From contig AP026130.1 of NCBI GenBank assembly GCA_030295235.1, positions 992,001 through 1,056,000 of the forward strand: a stretch of 64,000 nucleotides of DNA, given 5' to 3'. Positions 25,988 to 38,618 of the stretch are shown here, piece after piece (position 1 is the stretch's first letter; the number at the start of each line of letters is the position of its first letter). This stretch comes from Fistulifera solaris (taxonomy: Eukaryota). The position numbers were made by a program, and so were the translations under genes. The notes beneath the pieces are model-generated. The model saw only the letters and a list, made by a program, of their open reading frames with translations. It was not told the origin of the DNA and did no database searches.

Positions 25988-27029
25988 TCAATTATAGACT
26001 AGGGAACGCCATCGATTGATATCCAAAGGCTTGCTCACCGCATTTTCTTCTATTATGCGACCGGTTCGTGCATCCAGAACAGCCAAATGAGGAATGCCTT
26101 TGACACGAATGTAGGACATGAGTTCTTCTCGTGTGTCCTCCTCGTGAGCCACCGCTAGCCACGGCATGTGACTGTAATAGCTTTTGAAACTATTCGCATC
26201 GTGATCCGCCGATAAAAAGACGACTTCAACCGTTTTGTTCGGACCAAGCGAATTGTACCATTTGCTTAACTTCGGCGTGAACTGCCGACAAGGACCACAC
26301 CACGATGCCGATGCATACAGCAAAACAAACTCCTTTCCTCCGAGGGCATCGACGAGAGGAATACCCGACGAGCTGGAAGAATCTTTTAACAACGTCCCAT
26401 TCTCCAGAGATCGAAACAAGCGCTTGATACCGTCCGAAAGTCCAATGGCCGCGACTGGAGTGGACGGACTGGAATAGGGCAATCCCTCCAGATTGGGCCG
26501 GACACGAAACTGATAGCCCGACGGATTACTTAAATTTTTCTTTTCACTTGCGTATTGGAAAAGTTGCTCGCAATCGTGACCCATTCACTTCCTCCAATGT
26601 TTTCTCTCATTTGAACGGCATAATCCGTAGCACCGTCGTGGGGTTTCCAGGAAATAATTAAAGCATCATTCGCACCGGCGAGAGTTACAGTGGGCGGGTG
26701 TGGTCGGGATGTTTGAGCATCACTGGTGAGCAATTCGAAAGCATCCGCGTGCGTGATCCACGTGGTGGGAAGGGATGAACTATCGGACCCCTGGAGGAGA
26801 GCACCCACACGGAAGAAATACCGACCGGAAGTTTCGTTCGTTCCGGATGTTAAGTTCTTCTTTTGGCTTGCGTTGACGTGAGCTTGTCACTCAACGTCTC
26901 AAAATCAGAGTTCGCATTGTTATCGCTGTCGGCTTTGCAATACTGCAACACGTAACGGTCAGCATCTTTCACGGCAGTCCAAGAAATCGTTATTGAGTCA
27001 TCCGTTGCATCAACAAGCGTAATTGTCAT
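25988..27029 (-). CDS. Two fibronectin-III-like domains + nucleoredoxin/tryparedoxin-type thioredoxin domain (two homopolymer frameshifts)
   Basis: Repeated SITISW..YVLQY..KKNL..YFFRV and ALIISW..YAVQM..KKNL..YQFRV; then VLLYASASWCGPCRQFTPKL..EVVFLSAD..MPWLAV..GIPHLAVL. Confidence 0.82.
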
Positions 27030-27195
27030 CTCTGCCCTTTAAATTGGATTATAATCAATGACGTAAGAAAGGTGTGCGATACCATCAAGACAAGCACATG
27101 AGATTGTGAATGATGAAGAATGAAAATACGAATGAATGAGAATGTTGGCGGGGAGACGAAAAACTGTCGCATCAAGCTACTGTAAGGTTAGTATT

Positions 27196-27252
27196 TCATG
27201 ACTGAACCGGAGTCTTGGTAAAGTAGAGTAACACTCTAGACCTATAGTAAAA
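27196..27252 (+). repeat. Representative copy of a dispersed ~55-bp hairpin element (others 12755-12815, 36662-36718, 36891-36945, 44923-44978)
   Basis: Shared pattern CATGACTGAA-n-AGTC(A/T)TGG(T/C)AAA-n9-CACTCTGG-n-TATAGTA. Confidence 0.6.
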
Positions 27253-27334
27253 CGAAAAACAACGCTCGGCAAGGTCAATGATTTGTGCCTCGCACATGCT
27301 TCTGATCGCAAACATTTCCATTACTATAATTAGA

Positions 27335-28330
27335 TTCCAGAAATTCTGGAAAGTTTGTACTTCGTCATAGAGAAAATTTGTGTGTTTGGTCCAGAAATTC
27401 TGGACCAGGTGAATTTCATCATCAAACCCTACCGTACAGAAGATATTCTGTGTATTGTGTATATTTCCAAAATCATACAGATATTCTGTGTTTCTTCCAG
27501 AAACTCTTGAGGCGGTGTATTTCATCGTACAGCAATTTTTTGTGAGTTCCAGAAATTTCGGAATTGGTCTATTTCATCATACAGAAAATCTGTATATCGT
27601 CCAGATATTTTGGACCAGATGTATTTCATCATTATGCCCTGCAGAAAGTATTCTGTGTTTGTTCCAAAATCATGCTATTATCCTGTACTCGTTCCAGCAA
27701 CTCTGGATACAGTGTATTTCACAGTACAGCAATTTTGTTTAATTTCCAGAAATTCTGGAAAGAGTGTATTTTGTCATACAGAAAATCTGTGTGAATGGTC
27801 CAGAATTCTGGACCAGGTGTATTCCATCATCCAACCCTAGACTACGGAAGATATTCTGTGTTCATTTCCAAAATCATACAGGTTTTCTGTTCTCGTTCCA
27901 GGAACTCTGGAGATGGTGTATTATTTCATCCTACAGCAATTTTGTGTGAGTTCCAGAAATTCTGGAATATTTGTCTACTTCGTCATACAGACAATCTGTG
28001 TGTATGGTCCAGAAATTCTGGACCACCCTATACCGGTACAGAAGACATTCTGTGTTTATTTCCAAAAACATACAGATACTCTGTGTTTCTTCCAGAATCT
28101 CTGGATACGGTGTACCTTAGTACTTCATCGTACAGCAATTTTGTGTGATTACCAGAAATTCTGGAAATTGTGTACTTCTTGATACAGAAAATCTGTGTGA
28201 ATGGTCCAGAAATTCTGGACCAGGTGTATTATTTCATCATCCTACCCTACCGTACAGAAGACATTCTGTTTTTGAAAGAAAAAGCATACAGATACCTGGT
28301 ACCGGGTACTCTGTTCTCCTTCCAGAAACT
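27335..28330 (+). repeat. Tandem array, ~5 copies of a ~205-bp higher-order unit built from CCAGAAATTCTGG / ACAGAAAATCTGT quasi-palindromes
   Basis: Unit starts (ttccagaaattctggaa-like) at ~27335, 27547, 27744, 27951, 28150; units are moderately diverged. Confidence 0.9.
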
Positions 28331-29061
28331 CATTCGTGACAGAAACACCATTTTTATTTGCTCGTCGCGTAATGTTCGTGACCAACCTTCACAAGGGACT
28401 GGGGTTCTAGTACTGTACGGCATAATAAGGATGACGTTTTCCTCCATTATCCACTATAAACAGGAATGTACAGCGAAAGTTGACGCCCAACAAGAATTCA
28501 GAATTTTGCACTCGGAATTTCGGAAAGAACAAAGGGACGTTAAAATTCTGCCTCTCAGTACAAATTTCTACGTAGCGCCTACGGCGAGGCAGAATTTTAA
28601 CGTCGTTTCCAGCCGCAGTCACAAAGTCACACAGCAAGCCGATGTTACAGTCATAATAAAATCAGACAAGTTCACCGTTAACTGTCTTCTATTAAGAAAA
28701 CAACAAACATTTCTTGTTTAGTAATTGGAGTACCGTAAAGGTGCCTGAGCACGAGTTGTATTTAGTGTTTTGTCGCTGCGACCTTCGAACAGAAAAAGAA
28801 GTTCCGCGTCGCGTGTTTGACGGGGTTTTTGACGTGACACCAAAGAGTCTTTGTTCGCTCTGCCGAGTTTGTTCTCATTCTTCACATTCGCAGAAATTTG
28901 TTTTTAACCGCAACAACCACCGAATATAGAAAAGACAGACCTTGAGCTTCCAATTCATAGTCTTTATTGGAAACATCAACCGCAGCGACCAGCAAGCTAA
29001 ATCGAAAGATACATTCTTGAAAATTACGACTCCATCGAATCACAAAACCTCTCACTCTGAC

Positions 29062-29310
29062 ATGATGCACTCCACGATTGAAAGACATGCACTCTCTTCC
29101 GAAGAACCTACCTTTATCATTAACCCACAACGCAAGCAAACTGTCTGGAGTGGTCGATACAGTCCGGGTGTAACAGGCAGTCCACGAATGTCGTCTTGCA
29201 GCGACGTGATGAAGATTTACGAGGCGTGCAAGTTAGACCCGACCGAAAGCATGTGCAAGTCCGCCGCGAGCTACTTCCGCATTTGCGCGAATGGTTTGAT
29301 AGATGAGTAA
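29062..29310 (+). CDS. Small twin CX9C (CHCH-fold) protein, probable mitochondrial intermembrane-space protein
   Basis: C-SDVMKIYEA-C-KLDPTESM-C-KSAASYFRI-C gives two exact CX9C motifs in an 82-aa ORF. Confidence 0.65.
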   Translation: MMHSTIERHALSSEEPTFIINPQRKQTVWSGRYSPGVTGSPRMSSCSDVMKIYEACKLDPTESMCKSAASYFRICANGLIDE

Positions 29311-29812
29311 GTTGATGATGAAGGGCGTTTTGTGCCACTGTTCCGGTTCGAGTTGTGGCACCGCTCGCGTTCTTGACACTTGCACAGTTTTTCGAGCCAG
29401 CTCATGCTATCATTAGATCCATTAAACTTATAATCATCGTCGACCCTTGTTATAGTAAACTCACCTTTTGATAGAATTTGTGGCATAATAGTCAATGTTC
29501 CCCTCTATTACAGTAACTACTTTGCTCTTGTTCTTTTCTCGTGCTGCTTTGAGTGCTAAATGTCAACAATATTTGCTTGACTGACGTCACAAGGTCGTTC
29601 GGAATGCAATTCCAGAATTTCTTTCGGGAAAAAACCTCGTCCGCACAAAATGAAATCGGCGTCTGTGATGGTTGTAAGGTTAGAAAAGATTACCATCTGT
29701 CTTCTTACAACCGAGAGCAAATTGAAAAAGCAAGCTAACAAGGAGCACTGGGCTTGCATTGTCACGACAAAGAAAATTTGACAGATCGAGAGAAACTTTG
29801 TATCGTACCTCA

Positions 29813-31385
29813 ATGGGGAAGCCCTGGACACTTGTTCTTCTTTTACTCAAACTCTTTGCAGTGGCAAAATCGTTTCGGGGGCCCCGTAATTACCAACGCC
29901 GTGCCCCACTTTCGTCGAATGGATTGTTTGTATCGGCTTCTACGGATAGAGAAGTCTCAAGAGATACTCTGGCCGAGGATTACGACACAATCATACATCT
30001 TTCGGAAACAGCACTTTTAAATCCAGGACAACCAAGTTGTTTGCGAGCGTTGGAAACTCTCAGCCAGTTGTGTCGTCAACGCAAACCATATCGTTTCTCG
30101 AAACAACTTAATCAATGTCGCGACGGCAGTCTCCTCGAGAAAATCGAGCAGCTGATTCCTACCGAAACGACAGAGAAAATATTTCAAATAGTGAAAGGAA
30201 TGCAAGAGAATGGATGGCTCAGCACGAATCCAGACTCTGTCGACGGTCTCCTAGCTTTCATCTCAATCTCATTAGCTCAGGAAAGAACATTGTCGACGAC
30301 GAACCCTCAGAAACAGGCAACACAGTGCCATCATTCGAACATGATGTTGAGGCATTAATACGGCTCGTTTCGCCGTATGTCTATGAACACCTTCTACCTC
30401 TGGTACAGCAGCGACTGGCTACCAAAGATATCCAAGTCTCTGATGTTTTTCTCCGTCGATACGGAAATAATATCATTGACGGTCAGTCTCGCCATGGAAT
30501 TTCGGCGCATTATGACGTCTTTTCTAGAGCCACTTGTGTGATAGCCTTGGATGATACAGCAAAGGATGGGCGAAACGGGCTTTTTACGACACAAGAATCT
30601 TGCCGTAGTGATAGGACGTGTTCTAATCATTGCTCGCTGCGTCGATTCTTCACTTTGTCATGTGGCGATGCCGTTCTTCACACGTGGGACGTACTGCATG
30701 GCGTTGATGTCGAGCCAGGCGTCGACCGAACTAGTTTGATTGTCTGGTTTACCTCCGAAGAAAACACAGAAAATCAGAGTGCGGTACCCTGGCTCACAAA
30801 TCGATATGATTTGAAGACAAATCACGTAGCTCAGTTTGTTTTAGCGAGCAGCCTTGAAAGCAGCGAAGAAAATATTCTGGGTGCAGAGGCCCATGACCTG
30901 TACCTTCAAAGTGCTGCGCGCGGCAACCTGTTTGCGATAACCAGACTAGGAAGTCTTTGTGAGAACGATGAGCTAGCCGGCGATGAACAAGATCGGATTA
31001 GAATGCTGTTGACAGCGTTAGAGAAGGGACATAATGCTCTCCCAAATCAGTTTCTTTCAAATGAACGGGATTCAAACCTAGATTTGGCGAAACGTCTTTG
31101 GTGGCAAGGATCGCTACGTGGCGATCCGATAGCTCAAGTTGCACTTGCAGATGAGCTGATGGCAACTGCAATGTCTCAAGAATGTGTTGATGTTGAAAAT
31201 TATCTTGAAACGGCAAGTGTTCTTTTGCCTTAGCCGCTCAGCAGGGCAACGATCATGCAATTCAATCGTTGCATCGCATACAAGCTTTGGAAGCCGCTCT
31301 CCGGGAAATGGACAATTCTCCTGAACTCAATCTACTCGTCACACGATCGATACAAAAGTCGGCATTAGTAGCTTCCATAAAATAA
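29813..31385 (+). CDS. 2OG-Fe(II) oxygenase (prolyl/lysyl-hydroxylase-like) with C-terminal Sel1-like repeats; N-terminal signal; two frameshifts
   Basis: VFLRRY..SAHYD..GDAVLH..LHGV..RTSLIVWF; Sel1-like YLQSAARGN, WWQGSLRGDPIAQ, LAAQQGND. Confidence 0.75.
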
Positions 31386-31413
31386 GATTATAACAGTACG
31401 TATTAAGTAAATC

Positions 31414-32540
31414 TTAACGTTTGTATCCTGCAGCCTTTTTGTTCTTCTGACGGATCTCGTCGTCTTGCACATTGTGAATGAATATCTCGTTACCGGGTTG
31501 TACATTGGTGCTGCCCTTGCTCCAATCATAGCTGCTAGCATATGCAAACAGATTGCCTTGTGCGTTGAACGCGGCGCAAGGTATCGTGCGTTGCGTCGCA
31601 TTGAAGCCTTTGAGTCTTTGCTTGTTGTCTTTGTCCCAGAAGTTCACCACGCCATCACTTCCTACCGTCGCAAATGTTCCATGTCCCGGGTGAAACGCGA
31701 TACCATTCACGGAATAAACAGAAGAATCTTGGCGATGACATTTAAACGCAAAGCTTTCTTTTCCGGCCACTTTTTGTAGATAGTGGATGCCGACGCGTCC
31801 CTCGATACTGCCGACAGCAAATCCGGTAGAATCGGGGAAGCAAGAGATACAGCGAGATTGATACTTAAGAGGCGATTCTCTGCGCGAATGCTCCCGGGGC
31901 TGACCCGAACAATCGTACGCGATAATGTGTCGACCTGCCGTTGCAACTACCAAAAGGTTCTCATGGACATCGAGATCGTACACTCGTTCGGGCAAGTCAA
32001 ACACTCCCACCGGTTGTTGTTGTCGCTGGTCCCAGAACTTCAGTTTCGAGTCCCAACCTCCGCTGACGACTAAATTGGACGACCGAATGTATCCTACACC
32101 TTTGACGGGCTGATCATGTGCTCCAATTTGATTAGGGACATTATTCGGAGGTGCTTGTCCTAGCTGATACATGCGCACGGCCTTGTCACAACCTCCTGAG
32201 AATACCTTTGTACCGTCCGCACTGAAACATGCACTCAGAACAGGTGCATTATTTTGGTGATTGACTAGAATAAGGCGAAAGCAATGAGTCCGGCAATGAA
32301 AACGATATCAAAACACCTCGTTCTCTTACCTTGAGCTGCGGGCATTGCCTGAATTTGCCCTCCTTGTTCTTGCACTTGCCAGCAGCGAAGACCGCCGTCC
32401 CAATTTCCTGAAACGAGAATATTCGCGGTAGGACTCCATTTCAAACAGGAAATACCATCATTACCTGGCTGAGGCACGCAGCAGTCGCCTGGCGTTAGAG
32501 CATTCGGATTACCCGCAGGAGGAGCACCGAAGGTTGACAT
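31414..32540 (-). CDS. RAE1: mRNA export factor Rae1/Gle2 (WD40); intron ~32265-32329
   Basis: SPLKYQSRC, GSIEGRVGIHY, FAFKCHR, TVGSDG..FWDKD..RLK, AYASSYDWSKG. Confidence 0.93.
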
Positions 32541-33049
32541 TTTGCGGAGCTACGGTGTTTTCAACCTGTCAATAGAAGCTATTTGAAATTCTGGAGGAGC
32601 AAGAAGCGTTGAAGGTCGTCACATAAAAGATCTCATCAACGTTATGTGGCGTGCTGCAAAATGAAAAAAGGAGAAGCGGTTTGGTGCAACAAAGGACGCA
32701 AAAAAAATTATTTGACCCATTTGTGCTTAGCGTACGTACGGCGTACGTAATTTCCCCCCTTCCTATTTCCTACAGCCTACAGTTTGCCGAGTCTATTAGG
32801 GTCTCTAGAATTTCTAGTCGAATCTCTATATTATTTGTCTAGGGGGTCTAGCCTAGTCTGATCTAACGAAGGAATAGGAGAATCGCTGAGGCTACTCAGT
32901 CGACTCTACTAGAAATCGCGCGAAATATCCGTGAAAAGATATAATGCATTCGAAAAAGGAACACAGGCTAACGGATGGTAAAATAACTAACCGTTGTTTT
33001 GCCAAAAATAGGACATTCAACTATTCATTGTTCGACTGTCAACGAAACG

Positions 33050-33685
33050 CTACTTTGTTGGAGCTGTCTCCTCGTCCGATTCATCCAAATGAGGCGGTAT
33101 GTATTGCTTTTTCCACGAGCTGTAATGAGATGTCTTCTTCCACATGTAGTAGAACTCTATCACTTCTTTGGTTGTTTTGCTACCAATTTCACTTTGCACT
33201 TTTTCAAATTGTTTGCCGTGTTGTATTAAGGCAGCTTCGAACACGGCGATTTCATACGGCGACCATTTTTCGATCACGAGCGGCCGACGCAACGGGCTTT
33301 TCAAATATCCTAGGGCGGAAACGGCTTCTAAGGGGAACTGGAGTTTGTTGGGGTCGTAGCCGTACGATCCAAATTCGGAAATGGGCGTTAGCATCAGATT
33401 GCTCGCAAAATCTACATACTCTTCTGTCAGACGGTGGACTTGAGGGGGGAGCAAAGATGCGACTGTGAGCCTTCCTTAATGAAGGTTGTACTTCTGTAAG
33501 AAAATATGCAAGAAATTACCTTTCCACCGCGTACGTTCGACGGGTGTACTTTTATCTATTGATGATTCATCGGATTTCATTCGTTTCTGATCAATTCCTT
33601 GTTCGTCATTTCCTAGTGTACGGCCCCGTTTGTTTGTATCGTGTTCTTCCAATGTAGCAGCTTTTTTATTATCAGAACTTGGCAT
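33050..33685 (-). CDS. SANT/Myb-domain protein (ELM2-SANT/MIER-like SANT); short intron with donor at 33519
   Basis: EKWSPYEIAVFEAALIQHGKQFEKVQSEIGSKTTKEVIEFYYMWKK. Confidence 0.8.
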
Positions 33686-34619
33686 GTTTATCGCTGCTTC
33701 GTAGATATGTTTATGCACTTAAATGTTTTTACGGTTTAAGCAAACTTCTTCTGTAAAGCAATATTGCTTTGTTTCTTCTCTAGTGTTAGTGTCTTCGCTT
33801 TTGTCATTCTCAAGGTTCGAGGTCAGCCGAAGGCCGAAAAAAGGAGGCGGGGGGAGTAAATAGATGACGCCGGACGAACTAAAGACTATTTCCATTTATA
33901 TCCCTTTAGTCGTGACAGCCATATTTAGTATCCACAAAACCTGTTTCAATACCGGTACTCCATGAGTTCCATAGTAGAAAGTATGTTGCCATTCCTTCAA
34001 CGTGCAATAACCAACAACAATAAACTCGAACCAAAAGAAGTGAACGACAACAATAAAACCTAAGCATTTCTGCTTTATTTTTGACCATCAGCTAACTCTT
34101 TTCTTTGTTTTCATGGCTTTTGTAAATATGACGACACTGGTAAGTCCGCCGGGCCTGGTTTTTTCAAAGCGTGTTGTCTGTTGACTTGAGGGGAATAGTT
34201 GCGGCATTGTCGAGGTTCCGCAATGATTTGCCGGCTCCAGGGCAAGTACATGGGTTGTGTTTCGCTGGATGCATCTACTTTGTCGTGAAAAATACTGGAA
34301 ACATTTTTCATCAGCGCAGTTAGTGATTAATCCAACATTTGATCGGGAGAAATATTTTTGATGCTTCCGACGAAAATGACGTCTCTTTCGGTGGGAAAAC
34401 ATGGAATTGGAATGGGAGAAAAGCGATATTAGCGGCAATGTTCTCGTTCCGTTCGACAAATGTGATAATTACTGCAAGTACTGTCTTATCGATCTTGTTG
34501 GCGTTAAATATTTCCGTTCATTTCCTTTTCCTGATACTCTCTGGCTGCCTATATCTTTCATTGTCGAATTTTTGATTTAACTCACCTTATGTTTACCTGA
34601 TTGACAAATAAATAACATC

Positions 34620-36394
34620 ATGCAGATGTCTGGAGATAAATCTTCTGATTTAATCATACAAAATCTTCTGGGCGAAGGATCCTTTGGCGCCGTGTACAAG
34701 TCGATTCACAAAGCCACGGGAGCGGTTGTTGCTGTAAAAATCATCCCCAACTCCACCATTGAGGATGAAAAGATCAAGGGCGAAATCGACATTTTAAGCC
34801 GCTGTGATTCGCCTTATATTGTGGGCTATTTTGAATGTATTATTCGTCCCCCAACAGATAAGCCTGGTGAATTATGGATTGTGATGGAATATTGCGAAGG
34901 CGGCAGCATGACGGATCTACTGGAAGCGAGTAGTGGATATCCATTGCCCGAGGATTCTATACGAGTTGTGTGCGCTTCGGTTGTACTGGGTCTTGAATAT
35001 TTGCATGGAGTAGCCAACGTTTGTCATCGTGATATCAAATGGTAAGAGTTTGAAGTTGTTTGTTGGATGATGGCCTGACTTTGACTCATATATTTCTTTG
35101 CTACTTGCAGCGGTAATGTTCTGCTGACCGAGGATGCACATGTCAAACTCGCCGATTTTGGTGTTTCCGCGGAATTGAGCAACACATTGAACAAAAGAAA
35201 GACAGTTGTAGGTTCACCGTATTGGATGGCGCCAGAAGTCATCCGAGAATCGCATTACGATGGTCGTGCGGATGTTTGGAGTCTCGGTATTACAGTCATT
35301 GAAATGGCGGAGGGCGCACCGCCACATGCAAACTTGCATCCACTTCGAGCTATCTTTGTGATTCCGACAAAACCTGCCCCTACTCTAGCTGATCCTGATA
35401 TTTGGTCACCAGATATGTTGGATTTCGTTCGCTGTTGTTGTCGGAAGGAACCAAGTCAGCGATATGATTCAGCTCTTCTTAGTTCGCATCCTTTTATTAA
35501 GCAAGAAGTCATTGCACTTCGGGAAATGTATCGTATCGAGACTGAGCATTCTACCGCAAATGGAGACGCGAGGGCAAAGTACACACGAATGGCAGAAGCT
35601 CATCAACGACCGCCTGGGCTGCCGGCACTTCGACGTGTTTGTGAGGCGTTGACAAAGCGAATGAGCGCTGTGAAAGATAAGAGAGGTAAAGAAAGAAGCG
35701 ATTCATCTGCAAAGGATCCTGACTTTTCAGTATTTCCCAAGTCACTTGGTACCAATCCGGATCTAATGAACCAAAGCGCAGCAAGCGGAGAACCTCAAAC
35801 GCCTATAGAAGATGGAACATTTCATGTCGGACAGTCCGGGCAGCCAGCTTCGGTAGCAGGGACACATCGATCGGCTCAATTTGATGGGTTAGAGTCGGAT
35901 ACTTTTCTTTTTCTGCCCTGAACATTGACGACGATCCAAACCTAGCAAATGATTCAAAGCTACGAGAGGATCTTAATACACTATCTGAGGCGTTTCAAGC
36001 TCGTAAGAATGCATTGTTGGTTGCCTTTAAGATGGCTCAGCAGCAGCTGATTGTTGAGGCACAAGGACGAAACATGTTACCAGTTGATGTGGGAGAACTC
36101 ATGTCAGCCGCTGCGTCCCATCATGAACTCAATCAGCAGGCAGTTGCGGCGATGGAAGAAGCGGCGAAGCTTCCGGCAGTAGCAGACATCATCAGCAAAG
36201 TAGAGGACAAATCATTTCCAGATTCACTGGCTGATGAGATAGCCGAATTCATAGCATTGGAGCAATATGATTCAAAAACTGACGGTCAAAATGGCGTATC
36301 GGTAGAAAGTGCGAAATATGCGTCCACTGAATCAATGTTGGCGCCCATTGAAGAAAATGAAAACCAACAACCTCTGGAGGCAGCATCAAGTTAG
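34620..36394 (+). CDS. STE20-family (MST/Hippo-like) Ser/Thr kinase; intron 35042-35110; frame break ~35900
   Basis: GEGSFGAV, VAVK, HRDIKCGN (after splicing), DFG, RKTVVGSPYWMAPEVI, HPLRAIFVIP. Confidence 0.88.
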
Positions 36395-37056
36395 TGACTA
36401 TAGCATCCAAGTATTGCGGTTCTCCTGGTCTTGGCGGCTTTGAGAACCGCTATGTACTTGATTGATAAGTAATAACATGTTCAACAAATCGTAGTGATGC
36501 ACATTACGGTAAAACTATCGTTTCGTTTGCACTTTTTAGCATCTCTTCGCTAAGATTCGCGACACAAGGAATCGAGGCATGCATTAAAGACAAAGACTCC
36601 GAGTATAGCTTGTCAAGTTATGTGAAAATTTGGAGCTAAGTTGGGCTCGGATGAATTTTGTTCGTGACTGAAAATTCAGTCATGAAAAAGGTAATCTTCA
36701 CTTTGGGGCTATAGTAAATAAGAAAGACTACAATTCGCAAGCCTTTTCGACATCTTACATCGATCCGTGCTTTGCAAATGCTGTCTAAAGGTAGGTCTAA
36801 TTTTTCGTGACAGCAACAAATGCAGCTCAATAAGCTAGTTGAATCAACAGAGATTCAAGGCTATCATTTCGACTTGACTGGATAACAGACTCATGACTGA
36901 AATGCAGTCTTGGTAAAGTTGCTGGACAGTACTGTACATTCTGGGACAATAATGCAACATACAACACTAAGCTCTTCGCGCGTTGTCCGAAAAATTTTTT
37001 ACGTTCATTTAAACGAAAATGGATCCGTGATGTGTTATACATTCGATGCAATTAAA

Positions 37057-38252
37057 ATGGACAGTTCAGACGAGCTTAAGAATGAAGTTCACATCGATGG
37101 GTCTACGTTAGAGGGCGGCGGACAAATTCTGCGGAACGCGATCTCGTATGCCAATCTGTTGCGCAAAAGCCTCACAATCGACAAAATTCGATTCGATCGC
37201 CCCCGACCTGGTTTGGCGGCACAGCACGCTGTGTCTCTTCAAATTGCAACCAGCATTTGCGGAGGAAAGCTTTCCGGTGATTCAGTTGGGTCTACGGAAA
37301 TTACATATGAGCCTCAGCGTTGTTTAGGCCACGGCTTGGCGGCCGAACAGAAAGAAGTTGTGGGGGATACCGGTACCGCTGGATCCATTTGTTTGCTGCT
37401 ACAAGCTGCCCTTCCCTGTGCACTTTACAATCAGCACCCCTCTAAGCTCATTTTGAAAGGAGGAACGAATGCTACCATGGCTCCTCAATTTGATTACTGG
37501 GAAAAGTATTTTGGCCGACTCTGCGATATAGATGTCAGCTCGATCCAAGTCACGTCGAAGCAACTGTCATCCGAAGAGGTTACTATCCCTGTGGTGGCGG
37601 TGAAGTTCATGTACAAGTGAAACCACTGAAACGAAAATTGGCTCCTATTCGAATAACAGAACGTGGCGACATTAAGATCGTACGGATACGATGTTTTCAT
37701 GCCGGAAAGGTACCACGATATCTGGGAGAGAAAATGCTTCAAGCGGCGAAAACAGAGTTATTAAAGAACAACTTGGGTTTGAAAATGGAGCAAATGGAGG
37801 CTATGGTGGTGAAAGAAAGCAATGCAGTTGGGAATGGTCTTGGCTTGATGATAACAGCTGAAACGACTACAGGTTGCTTCTTTGGAGGATCAGCTTTGTG
37901 TGCTCCAAAGAACGATGCCAGGTCGGTGGCAAGGGGTGCTGCGCAAGAACTGATTGCATCTTTGGAAGGCGGAGCTTGTGTGGATCTTTGGTTACAAGAT
38001 CAACTTATTCTTTACATGGCCCTGGCGGATGGTGTATCGGAAATCATAACGGGTCCATTGACGCAACACACACGAACTGCTATTTGGGTGGCCGAATCCT
38101 TAACGGATGCTCGATTTGAAGTGACGAAGTTGGATGATAGTGATTTGCAACCTTCTGCGTTAGTTGATGGAAACTACGGATCGAAGGGTCAAATATCAGG
38201 AAAGCATCGAATTCGTTGTAAAGGGATCGGCTGTGAACCACATATAAACTGA
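37057..38252 (+). CDS. RTCA: RNA 3'-terminal phosphate cyclase (frameshift ~37505)
   Basis: IDGSTLEGGGQILR, RPRPGLAAQH, TAGSICLLLQ, GGTN, VDLWLQDQLILYMALA, TQHTRT. Confidence 0.9.
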
Positions 38253-38618
38253 AGGTCATAAATTGTTTTGAATAAAAGAGCTTTTGTTGTCAAATGCTCC
38301 GTAGTTATTATTATTTGTAGAAATTGTTTCCTGAAAAAGTATCGACGACCCTACCATAGCTCCTCCTTTTTAGTGACGGGAATGAACGACGAGATGATTC
38401 ACGAACGTACCGTACGCCGTACGTCGAGGTGTACGTCAGTTTTCTCCCTCCATCTCCATCCGGGTTCAAAGAACGTCCACGTGCGTTTTCTCTGACGGCA
38501 AAGCGAAGAATAAAACACACGACGAAGCCACCGACCACCGACATCAACATTGCTTCGCTGGATGTAAAACAGTCTGATTGTTTCTGTTTCGCTTACGACC
38601 CAAGAAGTGCCTTGCAGT

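Noticed and set aside
32770..32920. CTAG-rich segment with short inverted repeats (atttctagt..actagaaat), possible MITE
   Set aside because: The inverted repeat is short, there is no clear target-site duplication, and there is no second copy in the window.
36417..36450. 9-bp hairpin gcggttctc..gagaaccgc after the kinase stop
   Set aside because: Single occurrence with no supporting context; bacterial-type terminators do not apply here.
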